DNA of 64,000 nt, taken from positions 182,685 through 246,684 of IMG/VR virus record IMGVR_UViG_3300037067_027684; one strand, given 5' to 3'. A program made the position numbers and the translations under genes. The stretch comes from a virus. Its lineage: Duplodnaviria > Caudoviricetes. The notes beneath the pieces are model-generated. The model was not told the origin of the DNA. It made no database searches and was given only the letters and a program-made list of their open reading frames with translations. Positions 53,377-62,263 of this stretch are shown one piece after another (within the stretch, counting starts at the first letter, position 1; every line of letters starts with the position of its first letter).

Positions 53377-54480
53377 ATGTTAGACAGATTGAAGGCTAAG
53401 GTTCAAGTTCCAACTAGACCAAATAAAATTAGGATTCCGGCAGTTAAACCAGAAGATTTTAAAAGATTTAGGCCAAGAGTTATTTATGATAAACCCAAAC
53501 CAAATGCAGTTGTGATCTCTCCAAGAGCATCGAAATCCAATATAACGCCCAATATTGGCTTAAGACAAGTTTATCCGATTAAAGTTGTTCAGAAGGGTCC
53601 TCAGAAGGGTCCTCCCCCTAAACCTCCCGTCAGGAATCAGGTTAGAGCTGTTTCTGCTAAGAATCACCCTAAATCAATTATTACACCGAAACCAAGTCCT
53701 GATCAAATTACTGAACTTAGGAGGTTGGCTTTAGAAAGAGCTAAGACAGTTAAGGTAGTTAAGGCTCCTCGCAACCCCATTAAAACACAAATTTCTGCAT
53801 CTGTCCTTGGTAATCGCACGCAAATTCTTAGAAATGTTGGTGTTGGTAGAATATTAATTATGATTGCTGCTGGCCCATCAGTTCTTGAAGTTGATTTTTC
53901 TCCATTGGTAAATCAGCCGCTAATAGATTTTATGTGTATTAATCAACCGAATACGCAGGTCTGGCCCGCTAAATATTGGGCGTTTTGTGATCATACCCAA
54001 TATAAGCGTAATGTTGCTGTTTGGGATTCTTATAATGGTATTATTATTAACTCTTATAATGTAACGGCACGTAAAGGCAATCAAGTTCTTATTAGGAATC
54101 GTGCTGGTAAAGGTTTTAGTCTTGATATTACTTCTGGTTATCATATTGGACGCTCTAGTACATATGCCGCAATGCAAGTTGCTTATTTTATGAATTTTAA
54201 GAGGGTCTATATTTTTGGTGTCGATATGTGTGAGGTTGGTGGTAAATTACATTATTATGGGCAAAACCCAGATGTAACCAATGAGATTAGAAAGCAGCGA
54301 TTCGCCAATGAGGCAGAGAATTATTTATGGGCAGGTCAACATTTACAATCAGAGATTAGGGAGCGCTTTTATTTCTGTTCTACATATTTAAATTGGCCTT
54401 TTGTCAGTTATTTCAATAAACTTGATCATCATGAAGCTAATACTCATATTCTTGATTATATTAATGGATTACCCAAATGA
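53377..54480 (+). CDS. Pro/Lys-rich N-terminus plus MptE/Maf/sialyltransferase-like (DUF115-type) domain
   Basis: MIAAGPSV, CINQ, AFCD, SSTYAAMQVAYFMNFKRVYIFGVDM, HYYG. Confidence 0.65.
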   Translation: MLDRLKAKVQVPTRPNKIRIPAVKPEDFKRFRPRVIYDKPKPNAVVISPRASKSNITPNIGLRQVYPIKVVQKGPQKGPPPKPPVRNQVRAVSAKNHPKSIITPKPSPDQITELRRLALERAKTVKVVKAPRNPIKTQISASVLGNRTQILRNVGVGRILIMIAAGPSVLEVDFSPLVNQPLIDFMCINQPNTQVWPAKYWAFCDHTQYKRNVAVWDSYNGIIINSYNVTARKGNQVLIRNRAGKGFSLDITSGYHIGRSSTYAAMQVAYFMNFKRVYIFGVDMCEVGGKLHYYGQNPDVTNEIRKQRFANEAENYLWAGQHLQSEIRERFYFCSTYLNWPFVSYFNKLDHHEANTHILDYINGLPK

Positions 54481-54878
54481 TTTCCGGCAAAGATATGTGT
54501 GACATGACACCGCTGCTACGACATACTCTGCCTCATAATCAAACTGCTGAAAACAGGTATTGTAGTAAGTGCCGCATGACCACAAAACATGGGATTGATG
54601 GATCAACATATACTTGTGAGAGGTGTGGTAGTGTTGCTGACAAAATGGCAGGACCTTTGTGGAGAAAAGCGCCCGTGAAACCACCATTTGAAGAGAAAAT
54701 TAGAATTGCTCTCGGATTGGTGGAGTCTACTGATAAGCCTGTCAGGGTTAAGTTAGAGGGTGAATCAAAAACTTCCGCTGAGGGTGCTCATCGTCCAGAT
54801 AAAGGTGTGAAGTTTGTTCAAATGAAGTATGATGATCAATTCAAAACCAAAGAAAATGACCGTTCTCTCCGTAGTTGA
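54477..54878 (+). CDS. zinc-ribbon hypothetical protein
   Basis: CSKC..H...CERC. Confidence 0.55.
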   Translation: MISGKDMCDMTPLLRHTLPHNQTAENRYCSKCRMTTKHGIDGSTYTCERCGSVADKMAGPLWRKAPVKPPFEEKIRIALGLVESTDKPVRVKLEGESKTSAEGAHRPDKGVKFVQMKYDDQFKTKENDRSLRS

Positions 54879-55534
54879 TCCCCCTTACTGTTTTGTCGGT
54901 AAGGTGTGAAGCCGCTTCCAAGCGGCTTCTGTATTTGAATTTTATGAATTTGCTTAGAGGTGTTAAGGTTTATCTCGGTGGTCCAGTAGAAGCATCTTTA
55001 GATCCAAATAATTGGCGTAATTCTATAACAACTATTCTTGAGAAAATGGGGATGGTAGTTCTAAATCCGCTTGTGAAGCCAGCATGGATGCCTCCTGTTG
55101 ACGGAGTGCGTCAAAATGAATTAAAGCATATTTTGAGCCAGCGTGGGGTTACGCCTAGTACTATTTCTCATGATGCAATAACGATTGAAAACGATGTTGC
55201 CAGGAGGTACTGTTTGTCATTGGTGCGTGCGGCAGATATATTGATCATTAATATTTCTCATAAGACATTTTCAGTTGGCACCTGGGAAGAAGTAACGTTA
55301 GCACACGATAAACCTATATTTGTTATCTGTGAAGATGATATTCCATCGATGTGGTTATATTCGATGCTAGGCATTAGCTCCCATATTGAGCGTGAGAGAT
55401 ATTTCAAGAGAGATGTTAATAGTGTTTTAAGTGAATTTTCTGTTATTAATGACTTGCACATATCTAATCTTGAGATGACATATTTTACCACTAATGATCT
55501 GTTTAGATGGATATTTCTTACGTACAATAAATAG
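54875..55534 (+). CDS. nucleoside 2-deoxyribosyltransferase/nucleotide N-hydrolase-like protein
   Basis: VYLGGP, WR, LNP, ADILI and SVGTWEE motifs; true start may be about 54944. Confidence 0.7.
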   Translation: MIPLTVLSVRCEAASKRLLYLNFMNLLRGVKVYLGGPVEASLDPNNWRNSITTILEKMGMVVLNPLVKPAWMPPVDGVRQNELKHILSQRGVTPSTISHDAITIENDVARRYCLSLVRAADILIINISHKTFSVGTWEEVTLAHDKPIFVICEDDIPSMWLYSMLGISSHIERERYFKRDVNSVLSEFSVINDLHISNLEMTYFTTNDLFRWIFLTYNK

Positions 55535-55556
55535 TGAACATTGATTGGAGAAAAAC

Positions 55557-56273
55557 ATGTTTGATGTCACTACTCGATTAGAGGTCAACATTGTCCGTGG
55601 CAAGACGGCTTCTACAGATATGGCTTCAATGTCTAATTTTGTGATTAAGTATCGTGTGCCTACTGTTGTTGTCGATCCGCAGTTTGTTGAACAGATCATG
55701 ATTGAAAGACAACGTTATAGGGGGTCTTATAAGATAATTTGTACAGTTGATTTTGATAATGGTAAGAATTATGCTATGGATAAGCTTCGTTCAATACCTA
55801 AAGCTGCACTGGCTGTTGATGGGTTTGATATTTTGGTTACTGCTGGTAAAACTGACAAAGAAAGTCTAAATGAACTTAAAGCTATCTCGGAATTCTTAAA
55901 AAAGGCAGTAGATCCATTAAAGGAAATTAGATGGACTCTTGGGATGCGTTTGCGTCAGACTAATGATTTATTGAATGTTATGAAACATCTCAAAACTTAT
56001 CCTGCTGCTTTCATTCGTACTGACCATAATCTCGTAGCTCAGAATTTGACTTTGGAGAAGCATGAGAATGATGTAAAATTTATAAAGAGTCATGTTGGCA
56101 CACCTATTAAGGTGTGTGGTAATGTAGATGTTGAAACAATCAGGTCTTTACGTGGGAAAGTCTCTCGTTTTGATGTGTCTATGACTCAGGCGGCACGTAT
56201 TTTGAAAAAGTTAAGCGAGGCTCCTGTAGTCGAACCTGTAGCCGAACCTGTAGTCGAAGAAGAGGCCGAATAA
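55557..56273 (+). CDS. deoxyribose-phosphate aldolase (DeoC)-like TIM barrel with degenerate active site
   Basis: VVVDP, KIICTVDF..G, DGFDIL, AFIRT and IKVCG align with DeoC motifs. Confidence 0.55.
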   Translation: MFDVTTRLEVNIVRGKTASTDMASMSNFVIKYRVPTVVVDPQFVEQIMIERQRYRGSYKIICTVDFDNGKNYAMDKLRSIPKAALAVDGFDILVTAGKTDKESLNELKAISEFLKKAVDPLKEIRWTLGMRLRQTNDLLNVMKHLKTYPAAFIRTDHNLVAQNLTLEKHENDVKFIKSHVGTPIKVCGNVDVETIRSLRGKVSRFDVSMTQAARILKKLSEAPVVEPVAEPVVEEEAE

Positions 56274-56860
56274 TGATATTAAATGGTGATGAGATCATAT
56301 ATCGTCACGACAGGTCAGATATTGTGTTGGAACCTTGGGATTTAAAAAAAGTTGGTACCAATTCCTACGATGTGGCGTTACATCCAATACTTAAAGCATA
56401 TGAAAGATATAATATACTCAATGAAGAAGATAAGCCGCTTTGTCTAATAGATAAAGGTCCCTCACATGAATTTGCTATAGATCCAAAGAAAAATAATAAA
56501 CTAATTGAATTTACAGTCCCAGAACGTGGATTTTTGTTGCAGCGTGGTCAGTTTGTGCTTGGTGCTACTAATGAAACTAATTTAAATCAAGCTGACGATA
56601 TAGTTCCAATGATTGAAGGTCGTTCTAGTATAGCACGTCTAGGTTTATCCATTCATGTGACTGCTGGTTTTGGTGATATTGGTTTTTGTGGTCGTTGGAC
56701 TCTCGAAATTACTGCTGCTGAAAATATTGTATTATATCCATATATGCCAATAGGACAACTTTATTGGATCAAAACCAACCCCACAACTAGGCGATATAAG
56801 GGAAAATATCAAGGGGAGGCTGAAGCGACTGGTTCCAAGCTTTGTACTGAATACAAATGA
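56273..56860 (+). CDS. dcd: dCTP deaminase
   Basis: NSYDV, EGRSSIARLGL, AGFGDIGFCGRWTLE, IGQL, YKGKYQ. Confidence 0.92.
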   Translation: MILNGDEIIYRHDRSDIVLEPWDLKKVGTNSYDVALHPILKAYERYNILNEEDKPLCLIDKGPSHEFAIDPKKNNKLIEFTVPERGFLLQRGQFVLGATNETNLNQADDIVPMIEGRSSIARLGLSIHVTAGFGDIGFCGRWTLEITAAENIVLYPYMPIGQLYWIKTNPTTRRYKGKYQGEAEATGSKLCTEYK

Positions 56861-57240
56861 AATGTCCATTGTGTAATAATGATCTTCAAGAGTCATATGC
56901 TCCTCATGAAACTCGACCATTGTATTGTGTACATTGTGACAAGATTTGGATAGCTGAACCAGGTGATGATAAAATCATTTATAATGAAGATATCAATATT
57001 GATCGAAATTCATCAAATGATACTAAAATCGCAGAAAACATACCAGAGATGAGGGAAGGGACTCCTGTTTACGTTAATTGTAGGGAAAATAAATTTTTCT
57101 TAGAATTAGGTAAAATCGTGGCACGAGACCATAAGTATTATAGAATTCAATTTAGAAGTCAAGATCAAAACGTTGATGGTAAGTGTATTTGGTTTCCGGA
57201 ACATTGGGTCGAACCGATACCAAAGGAGTTGAGGGGATGA
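56857..57240 (+). CDS. zinc-ribbon plus SH3-like hypothetical protein
   Basis: CPLC...CVHC at the N-terminus. Confidence 0.55.
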   Translation: MKCPLCNNDLQESYAPHETRPLYCVHCDKIWIAEPGDDKIIYNEDINIDRNSSNDTKIAENIPEMREGTPVYVNCRENKFFLELGKIVARDHKYYRIQFRSQDQNVDGKCIWFPEHWVEPIPKELRG

Positions 57241-57518
57241 TAGAAGTTGATGAACAACCATATATTCCGTCACAACCGAGTCATATTCAAAGAAGACCAG
57301 AACCGTGGGAAATTCAAAAAGCTCGTTTTTTCGGTAGAGTGAAATACTTTAATCAAGTTCATGGTAATGGGTTTATTGTGGGAGATGACAAGCGAGATGT
57401 GTTCTTCAACATATCTGAATATAGAATAGGAAAGCCAACTCTAAATGCCAGAGTTAGCTTTTCAGTTAGACAAACACAACGCGGATTAACAGCAGTTAAC
57501 ATCAAATGTAAGAATTAG
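57237..57518 (+). CDS. cold-shock domain protein
   Basis: GRVKYFN..GNGFI...DVFFNIS...VSF...RGLTAVNI. Confidence 0.8.
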   Translation: MIEVDEQPYIPSQPSHIQRRPEPWEIQKARFFGRVKYFNQVHGNGFIVGDDKRDVFFNISEYRIGKPTLNARVSFSVRQTQRGLTAVNIKCKN

Positions 57519-58761
57519 GGTCACATCCATGAACATCCATTACTATTTGATCGTCAAGATATTGACCTGTCCCAACGAAGCGAACCAAAGAACTTAGGCT
57601 ACCAAGATTTTCTTCGCACCATTGTAATACTTTAATCGGCAATTGTGGTGCTCTTAAATTACCGTTCATTCCAGTTAGATTGGCATCAACATAGTTCATG
57701 AAGTTCAATGACAGAATGATATCACCATTGGCTTGATTAAACTTGATTGCGTCTTCTAAGTTTTGTTTTGAGAACGTGAATACTCGCCGTGGGAGTTTGG
57801 TTACAGATGTAATCTCCATTATGGGTTCTTTAGAACTACTATCTTGTGTAATTTGTTCCCAAGTAGTTTCTTTTTGATCTGGGTAACCTGGCCCACTATT
57901 TCCGACGTAGATTTCAAGTGGCTTCCCATCTTTCTTATATTGTTCGACCTCTACCCAAGTTAGATGTTTTCCGGTTTCTTTGTCTAGATATTTGTTATTA
58001 TTAATTCTGATTGGGAATGTTCTTAGGTTTAGAATTACGTGTCCAGCATAATGAACTGGCAACATTGCGTCATCCATGCCAGCCATCGTTGTACAATTTC
58101 TGCTTGTACAGTAGGGGAACATTTCTGGTAGGAGATATGACAGCTGGAACCCTTGTGCTATCTCAAACATACCAGCCTGTCCATGATCTAACCTATTCAT
58201 TATTTCGCGTGGTGTGTCACAAATAAATTCTTTGAGTTCTGGTATGTCTCGTGCGTATCTTGCTTCTGGCCGTCTCAGCACTCTTCTTGCTCTATTGGCA
58301 CCACATCCATGAGCAGTTGTGCCTCGTTTCATGGTCCCGTCGTGTCTCTCTTTAACTGTGTGGCCGTCAAAATCTACAATACCTCTTTCGAAGGCTCCAT
58401 CTATTTCCTGTAATATGGACACTAGTGGACTGATTCCAATTTTGTTGTGAGGAATTTTGTTTTTCTCTATTTCTTTCCAGAAGGCTGGAAGTTCAATCAT
58501 ACAGCCTGGAGACAAATAAAGTTTCTCGTATCTTTCTGGTTGATAGGCACAACTATTAAATGTTTGATAAAAATAGCTGTCTCCATTTCTAATCTTAACC
58601 CAGTGCCCTGCTTGCGGCATGAACGTATTGACTGCGAATTGCCAGTTGTTGGCATGGTGTGTGATAAATGAGCCGATTTTGCCTTTCCCAGACGATCCTG
58701 CTTGGGCGTCAAGCAGGATCGTAAGTTTACCAGGTTTAAAGCAGAAGTTGGTGTTGTACAT
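57502..58761 (-). CDS. purZ: PurZ-type N6-succino-2-amino-dAMP synthetase (adenylosuccinate synthetase family)
   Basis: GSSGKG (Ser for the PurA catalytic Asp), AQGF, YCTSR, RTFPIR, SGPGYPDQKE, TSVTKLPRRVFTFS, NFMN. Confidence 0.8.
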   Translation of the reverse strand: MYNTNFCFKPGKLTILLDAQAGSSGKGKIGSFITHHANNWQFAVNTFMPQAGHWVKIRNGDSYFYQTFNSCAYQPERYEKLYLSPGCMIELPAFWKEIEKNKIPHNKIGISPLVSILQEIDGAFERGIVDFDGHTVKERHDGTMKRGTTAHGCGANRARRVLRRPEARYARDIPELKEFICDTPREIMNRLDHGQAGMFEIAQGFQLSYLLPEMFPYCTSRNCTTMAGMDDAMLPVHYAGHVILNLRTFPIRINNNKYLDKETGKHLTWVEVEQYKKDGKPLEIYVGNSGPGYPDQKETTWEQITQDSSSKEPIMEITSVTKLPRRVFTFSKQNLEDAIKFNQANGDIILSLNFMNYVDANLTGMNGNLRAPQLPIKVLQWCEENLGSLSSLVRFVGTGQYLDDQIVMDVHGCDPNSYI

Positions 58762-58787
58762 TAAGATCTCCTTTTGGAGATTAAATA

Positions 58788-59338
58788 CTATCCGAGTATG
58801 ACTCGGTTATTTGCTTGACGTATTATATCTTCGGCCATTGATCTTTCTAGATCCTTGATAACAGCTACCCATCCTGCTGTTGTTTTGATTTCTATGACTA
58901 CTTTATTTCCTTTTGGTGTTATTTTGACTTCTTCGGCTTTTCGTATTCTTTCTACTACGTCTTGGAGAGACATGTTTGGCTCCTAAACCATGTTGGCTTG
59001 GGTCCAGTTAAAACCCAAGCGTGGGTAAATTGGGAAATTATTTCATCTTTTACACTTTGGATCATAATTGCCTCGATAATCCAATCATCGACATATTTAG
59101 ATTTAATTTGTTCTTGTAATTCTGTGATTTTGTTTTCGAAATGATCATAAGTATTGTCTTTTATGATCATTAGGTAATATTTAGTAAATGCTTGATGATA
59201 GGTCAAATTTTGAATCCATCTAAAATTAATTATGGACTGATGTGCGTGGTGATATATCGTTTTACGTAGGAAATCGTTTATTTCTTCAATCATCTGGACT
59301 GCATTTTCATTATCGCTTATCTCAAATATCGATTCCAT
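58788..59338 (-). other. two hypothetical genes upstream of purZ (58788..58973, 58955..59338)
   Basis: Overlapping co-oriented ORFs. Confidence 0.55.
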
Positions 59339-59399
59339 GTTATTATTTATGATGAGAGTTATTTATGAGAATAGTCAAAAGTACTAAGAGGGATAAGCT

Positions 59400-59942
59400 A
59401 TGCATCTTTGGTTTTGCACCATGGCGGCTGATACGGTTGATTCGGATTTAGCAATGTGGATTGGGGGTGGTTTACTCACAATAATTGCTGGTTTAATTGT
59501 TATTATATATAGGTCTAAAACCAGTGTATTAGTTAAGCATAATAAAGAAATATCAGATCTCAAGACTGATATTGATAATCTCAAGAAAGAAATATCTTTG
59601 GTTAGAGAAAGTTCTAATGTTGAACGGTCAGAGAGATTGGTTAAATGCGAAGGAGAAATTAAGACCATAAATACGCTGGAACAAACTATTACTAATCTGT
59701 CTATAAAAATCGATGATTTAAACAAACGTATAGATGAAGAGTCACGAAGGCGTCAAGATAAGCATGATAATTTAGCACAACGGGTTTTTGGAGAATTAGA
59801 CAAGACTAAAGAAAAGGTTGGAGACATTGATGCGACTTGTCAAGGTTTTGGCGCTACATTCATCAGCCGCTCGGAGCATCAACATGATAAGGATCAACTA
59901 ATGGAATCAATGCGCGAGCTAAAGAAGGAGCATTTAAAATGA
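59400..59942 (+). CDS. membrane-anchored coiled-coil protein
   Basis: One TM segment (LAMWIGGGLLTIIAGLIVIIY) followed by a long coiled coil. Confidence 0.6.
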   Translation: MHLWFCTMAADTVDSDLAMWIGGGLLTIIAGLIVIIYRSKTSVLVKHNKEISDLKTDIDNLKKEISLVRESSNVERSERLVKCEGEIKTINTLEQTITNLSIKIDDLNKRIDEESRRRQDKHDNLAQRVFGELDKTKEKVGDIDATCQGFGATFISRSEHQHDKDQLMESMRELKKEHLK

Positions 59943-60283
59943 GGATCTTAGTCGTTGATTCTAATATAGTATATGCGAAAAAAGTTAGAGATTGGTTAAT
60001 AGAAAATGTTAAGGATATGCAAGTTGATATTGCCTGGAATGCACAAGTGATGCATAAAAGACTATCTGATAAAAAGTATGACTTAATTATTGCTGATATT
60101 ATCTCAACGTTTGACTCAAAAACTGTGTCAGAGGAGTTACAGAAAGTTACTATCCCACAGATAATTTGGACAGTTATACAAAATGGCAACGCCATTAAAG
60201 ATATTCTTGATAAGAAAATAATTCATAAACCTAGTTGTGATGCAGAATTCACACAAGCATTAGCAGAGATAGTGCCTCAGTAA
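59939..60283 (+). CDS. stand-alone response-regulator receiver domain
   Basis: MRILVVDS, YDLIIADI, IHKP. Confidence 0.7.
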   Translation: MRILVVDSNIVYAKKVRDWLIENVKDMQVDIAWNAQVMHKRLSDKKYDLIIADIISTFDSKTVSEELQKVTIPQIIWTVIQNGNAIKDILDKKIIHKPSCDAEFTQALAEIVPQ

Positions 60284-60291
60284 ATATTCGC

Positions 60292-61171
60292 ATGGATAAG
60301 ACTAATAAGACGTTAATTTTAACAGTTGATCTAAGTGGTGCTCCCGAATGGCAAGTCGTTGCCATGCAAAAACAAATGTCAGCGTGGTTGGTGAAGAATA
60401 AAACTTTATTGCCCTACGAAAATTTAATTATTCTTCCTACGGTTGGTGAGACCAGATTATATTGGTTAGAAGGGACTGCAGAAAAAGTCAAGACGCTTGA
60501 AGAAATTAAGGATCGTATTAAGCCAATTTTAGAAGTAGCACTTGGGTTGAAAATTGATAAGAAGAAAGTATTTGCTGATCCAGGCAAGAAATATAACAAA
60601 GCAGTACAAGAGTTGCAGAAAATGAGAGTGAACCATGGCAAAACTGCTCAAAACAATTGATTTTCCACCATTGTCGAGAAAATTAAATCGTTATAATTAT
60701 AATAACGAAATAACCGACGATTTTGATATTTCAAAAACCAAGAGGTTCAAGGTGACTATTAAATCAACATCTTCTAATAATTTTTTAATTTATCCTGAAT
60801 CTTTCTATAATGGAGTCTGGCATAAGATTAACAACAATGGTGTCCAGTTCGTATCGAAATGTAATCGTTTACGCATCAATGGTTTTGATCTAGATATAAC
60901 ACGAGATCGGATTGCTGAGATTAAAAGTGAATGGGCCAAATGGCTCATGGAATTACTGCCTGGGATTCCTATAGGAGAGAATGAACAAGAAGTAGAAGAC
61001 AATAAATCTGAAGAATTGAAGAAGCACCGATTGCGGCTATTGGTTATTAGCCGTGCCGAGAAGATTGCTAACACCTATCAAGATGGTTCGCAAGAAAAGA
61101 AAAGAATTCTAAACAGAATCAATGTGCTTAAGACAAAGGAACACCGTCGTCATCTTCGTGAGAGACAATAG
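60292..61171 (+). other. two hypothetical genes (60292..60660, 60635..61171)
   Basis: Overlapping co-oriented ORFs. Confidence 0.55.
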
Positions 61172-62216
61172 GTTTTTGCCAATTATCGATATTAAGTGAC
61201 GAATATTGATTATGAGTGTTACTAAGTGAACCAAGATATTCTAGCATCTCTCGATTAATCACATGGTGTGCGATATATGGCATGTCTGTGTGGACAATAT
61301 GTAGATTATCTTCATAATCAAAACAATAATTTGGGTATGACCCACCACGTTCACCTAATTTTACTATTGGTTCGGCTGTTTTGGTTGATTGTTTCCATTT
61401 ACCAAGCACGATTTTCTGTCGTCCTGATCCGTCATTCCACACCAGCCATGGGCCGAGTGGGTTCAATGATTTTTGGTCTTGTATTGCTACTATTGAATTA
61501 TTGTAGTTAGTAACTGTCGTAGATTGGGGGAATGTCCAAGTCTTTCCTAAATTAGATGAATATGAATACCATGCTTTTTTATGTTCACTAATATCTCTAG
61601 ACAACGAATGGAGATATTTGTTATCATACCACAATGTTGGTTGGATCAATATACCACTTCCAAATCTACCATTAGATGCGGTAATCTCGGCTCCTATTCT
61701 GCCCACATAACACCATCGATCAAGACCAGTTTCACTTCTCATGATTAACCCATAACAATCATGCTCTCGATACATTGGTAAGATCCAAGAATTTTTAATT
61801 CTAATTGGGGCACATCTAGTTAAATATCCTACTCTGGGACCAAATCTTTTTGGCTCTGTGGTAATGATACCATTATCAGTATATTCTAAAGTTATCGACC
61901 AATTTGAACAAAATCTCCATCTTTCTACCGCACTTTTAGGTGCCTCTTTGCCATTAGTGTCTTCGAAATATGAGTATATTAATAAGGCTTTATCTGGTGT
62001 TATTGGTAGTAAAACACAATTTCCTGTTTTAATAGGCAATGTAATTCCACAAATCTTTTGTTCTGCTTTCTGGTAATATTCTACTACTACTCTTTGTGCA
62101 TTAGTACATTCTGGTCCTTTATAATATGCAAGTAGAATTCCTGTCTGGTGAGGACAAATGGTTGCACAATGTCCATATGGTCGTACTTGATGCTTGATCG
62201 TTATTGCATTTTTCAT
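61128..62216 (-). CDS. BNR/Asp-box sialidase-fold beta-propeller
   Basis: HCATI, ILPMYRE, IQPTL, Asp-box SSNLGKTWT, SYPN; start placed at MKNAIT. Confidence 0.75.
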   Translation of the reverse strand: MKNAITIKHQVRPYGHCATICPHQTGILLAYYKGPECTNAQRVVVEYYQKAEQKICGITLPIKTGNCVLLPITPDKALLIYSYFEDTNGKEAPKSAVERWRFCSNWSITLEYTDNGIITTEPKRFGPRVGYLTRCAPIRIKNSWILPMYREHDCYGLIMRSETGLDRWCYVGRIGAEITASNGRFGSGILIQPTLWYDNKYLHSLSRDISEHKKAWYSYSSNLGKTWTFPQSTTVTNYNNSIVAIQDQKSLNPLGPWLVWNDGSGRQKIVLGKWKQSTKTAEPIVKLGERGGSYPNYCFDYEDNLHIVHTDMPYIAHHVINREMLEYLGSLSNTHNQYSSLNIDNWQKPIVSHEDDDGVPLS

Positions 62217-62263
62217 GAACTTAGGTACTGTTGCCCCAAATATACAGAGGACGAGGTAATTCC

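Noticed and set aside
45317-56258. Short coding tandem repeats (KVR x3 near 45320; PVxE x3 near 56223)
   Set aside because: Ordinary slippage repeats in protein tails.
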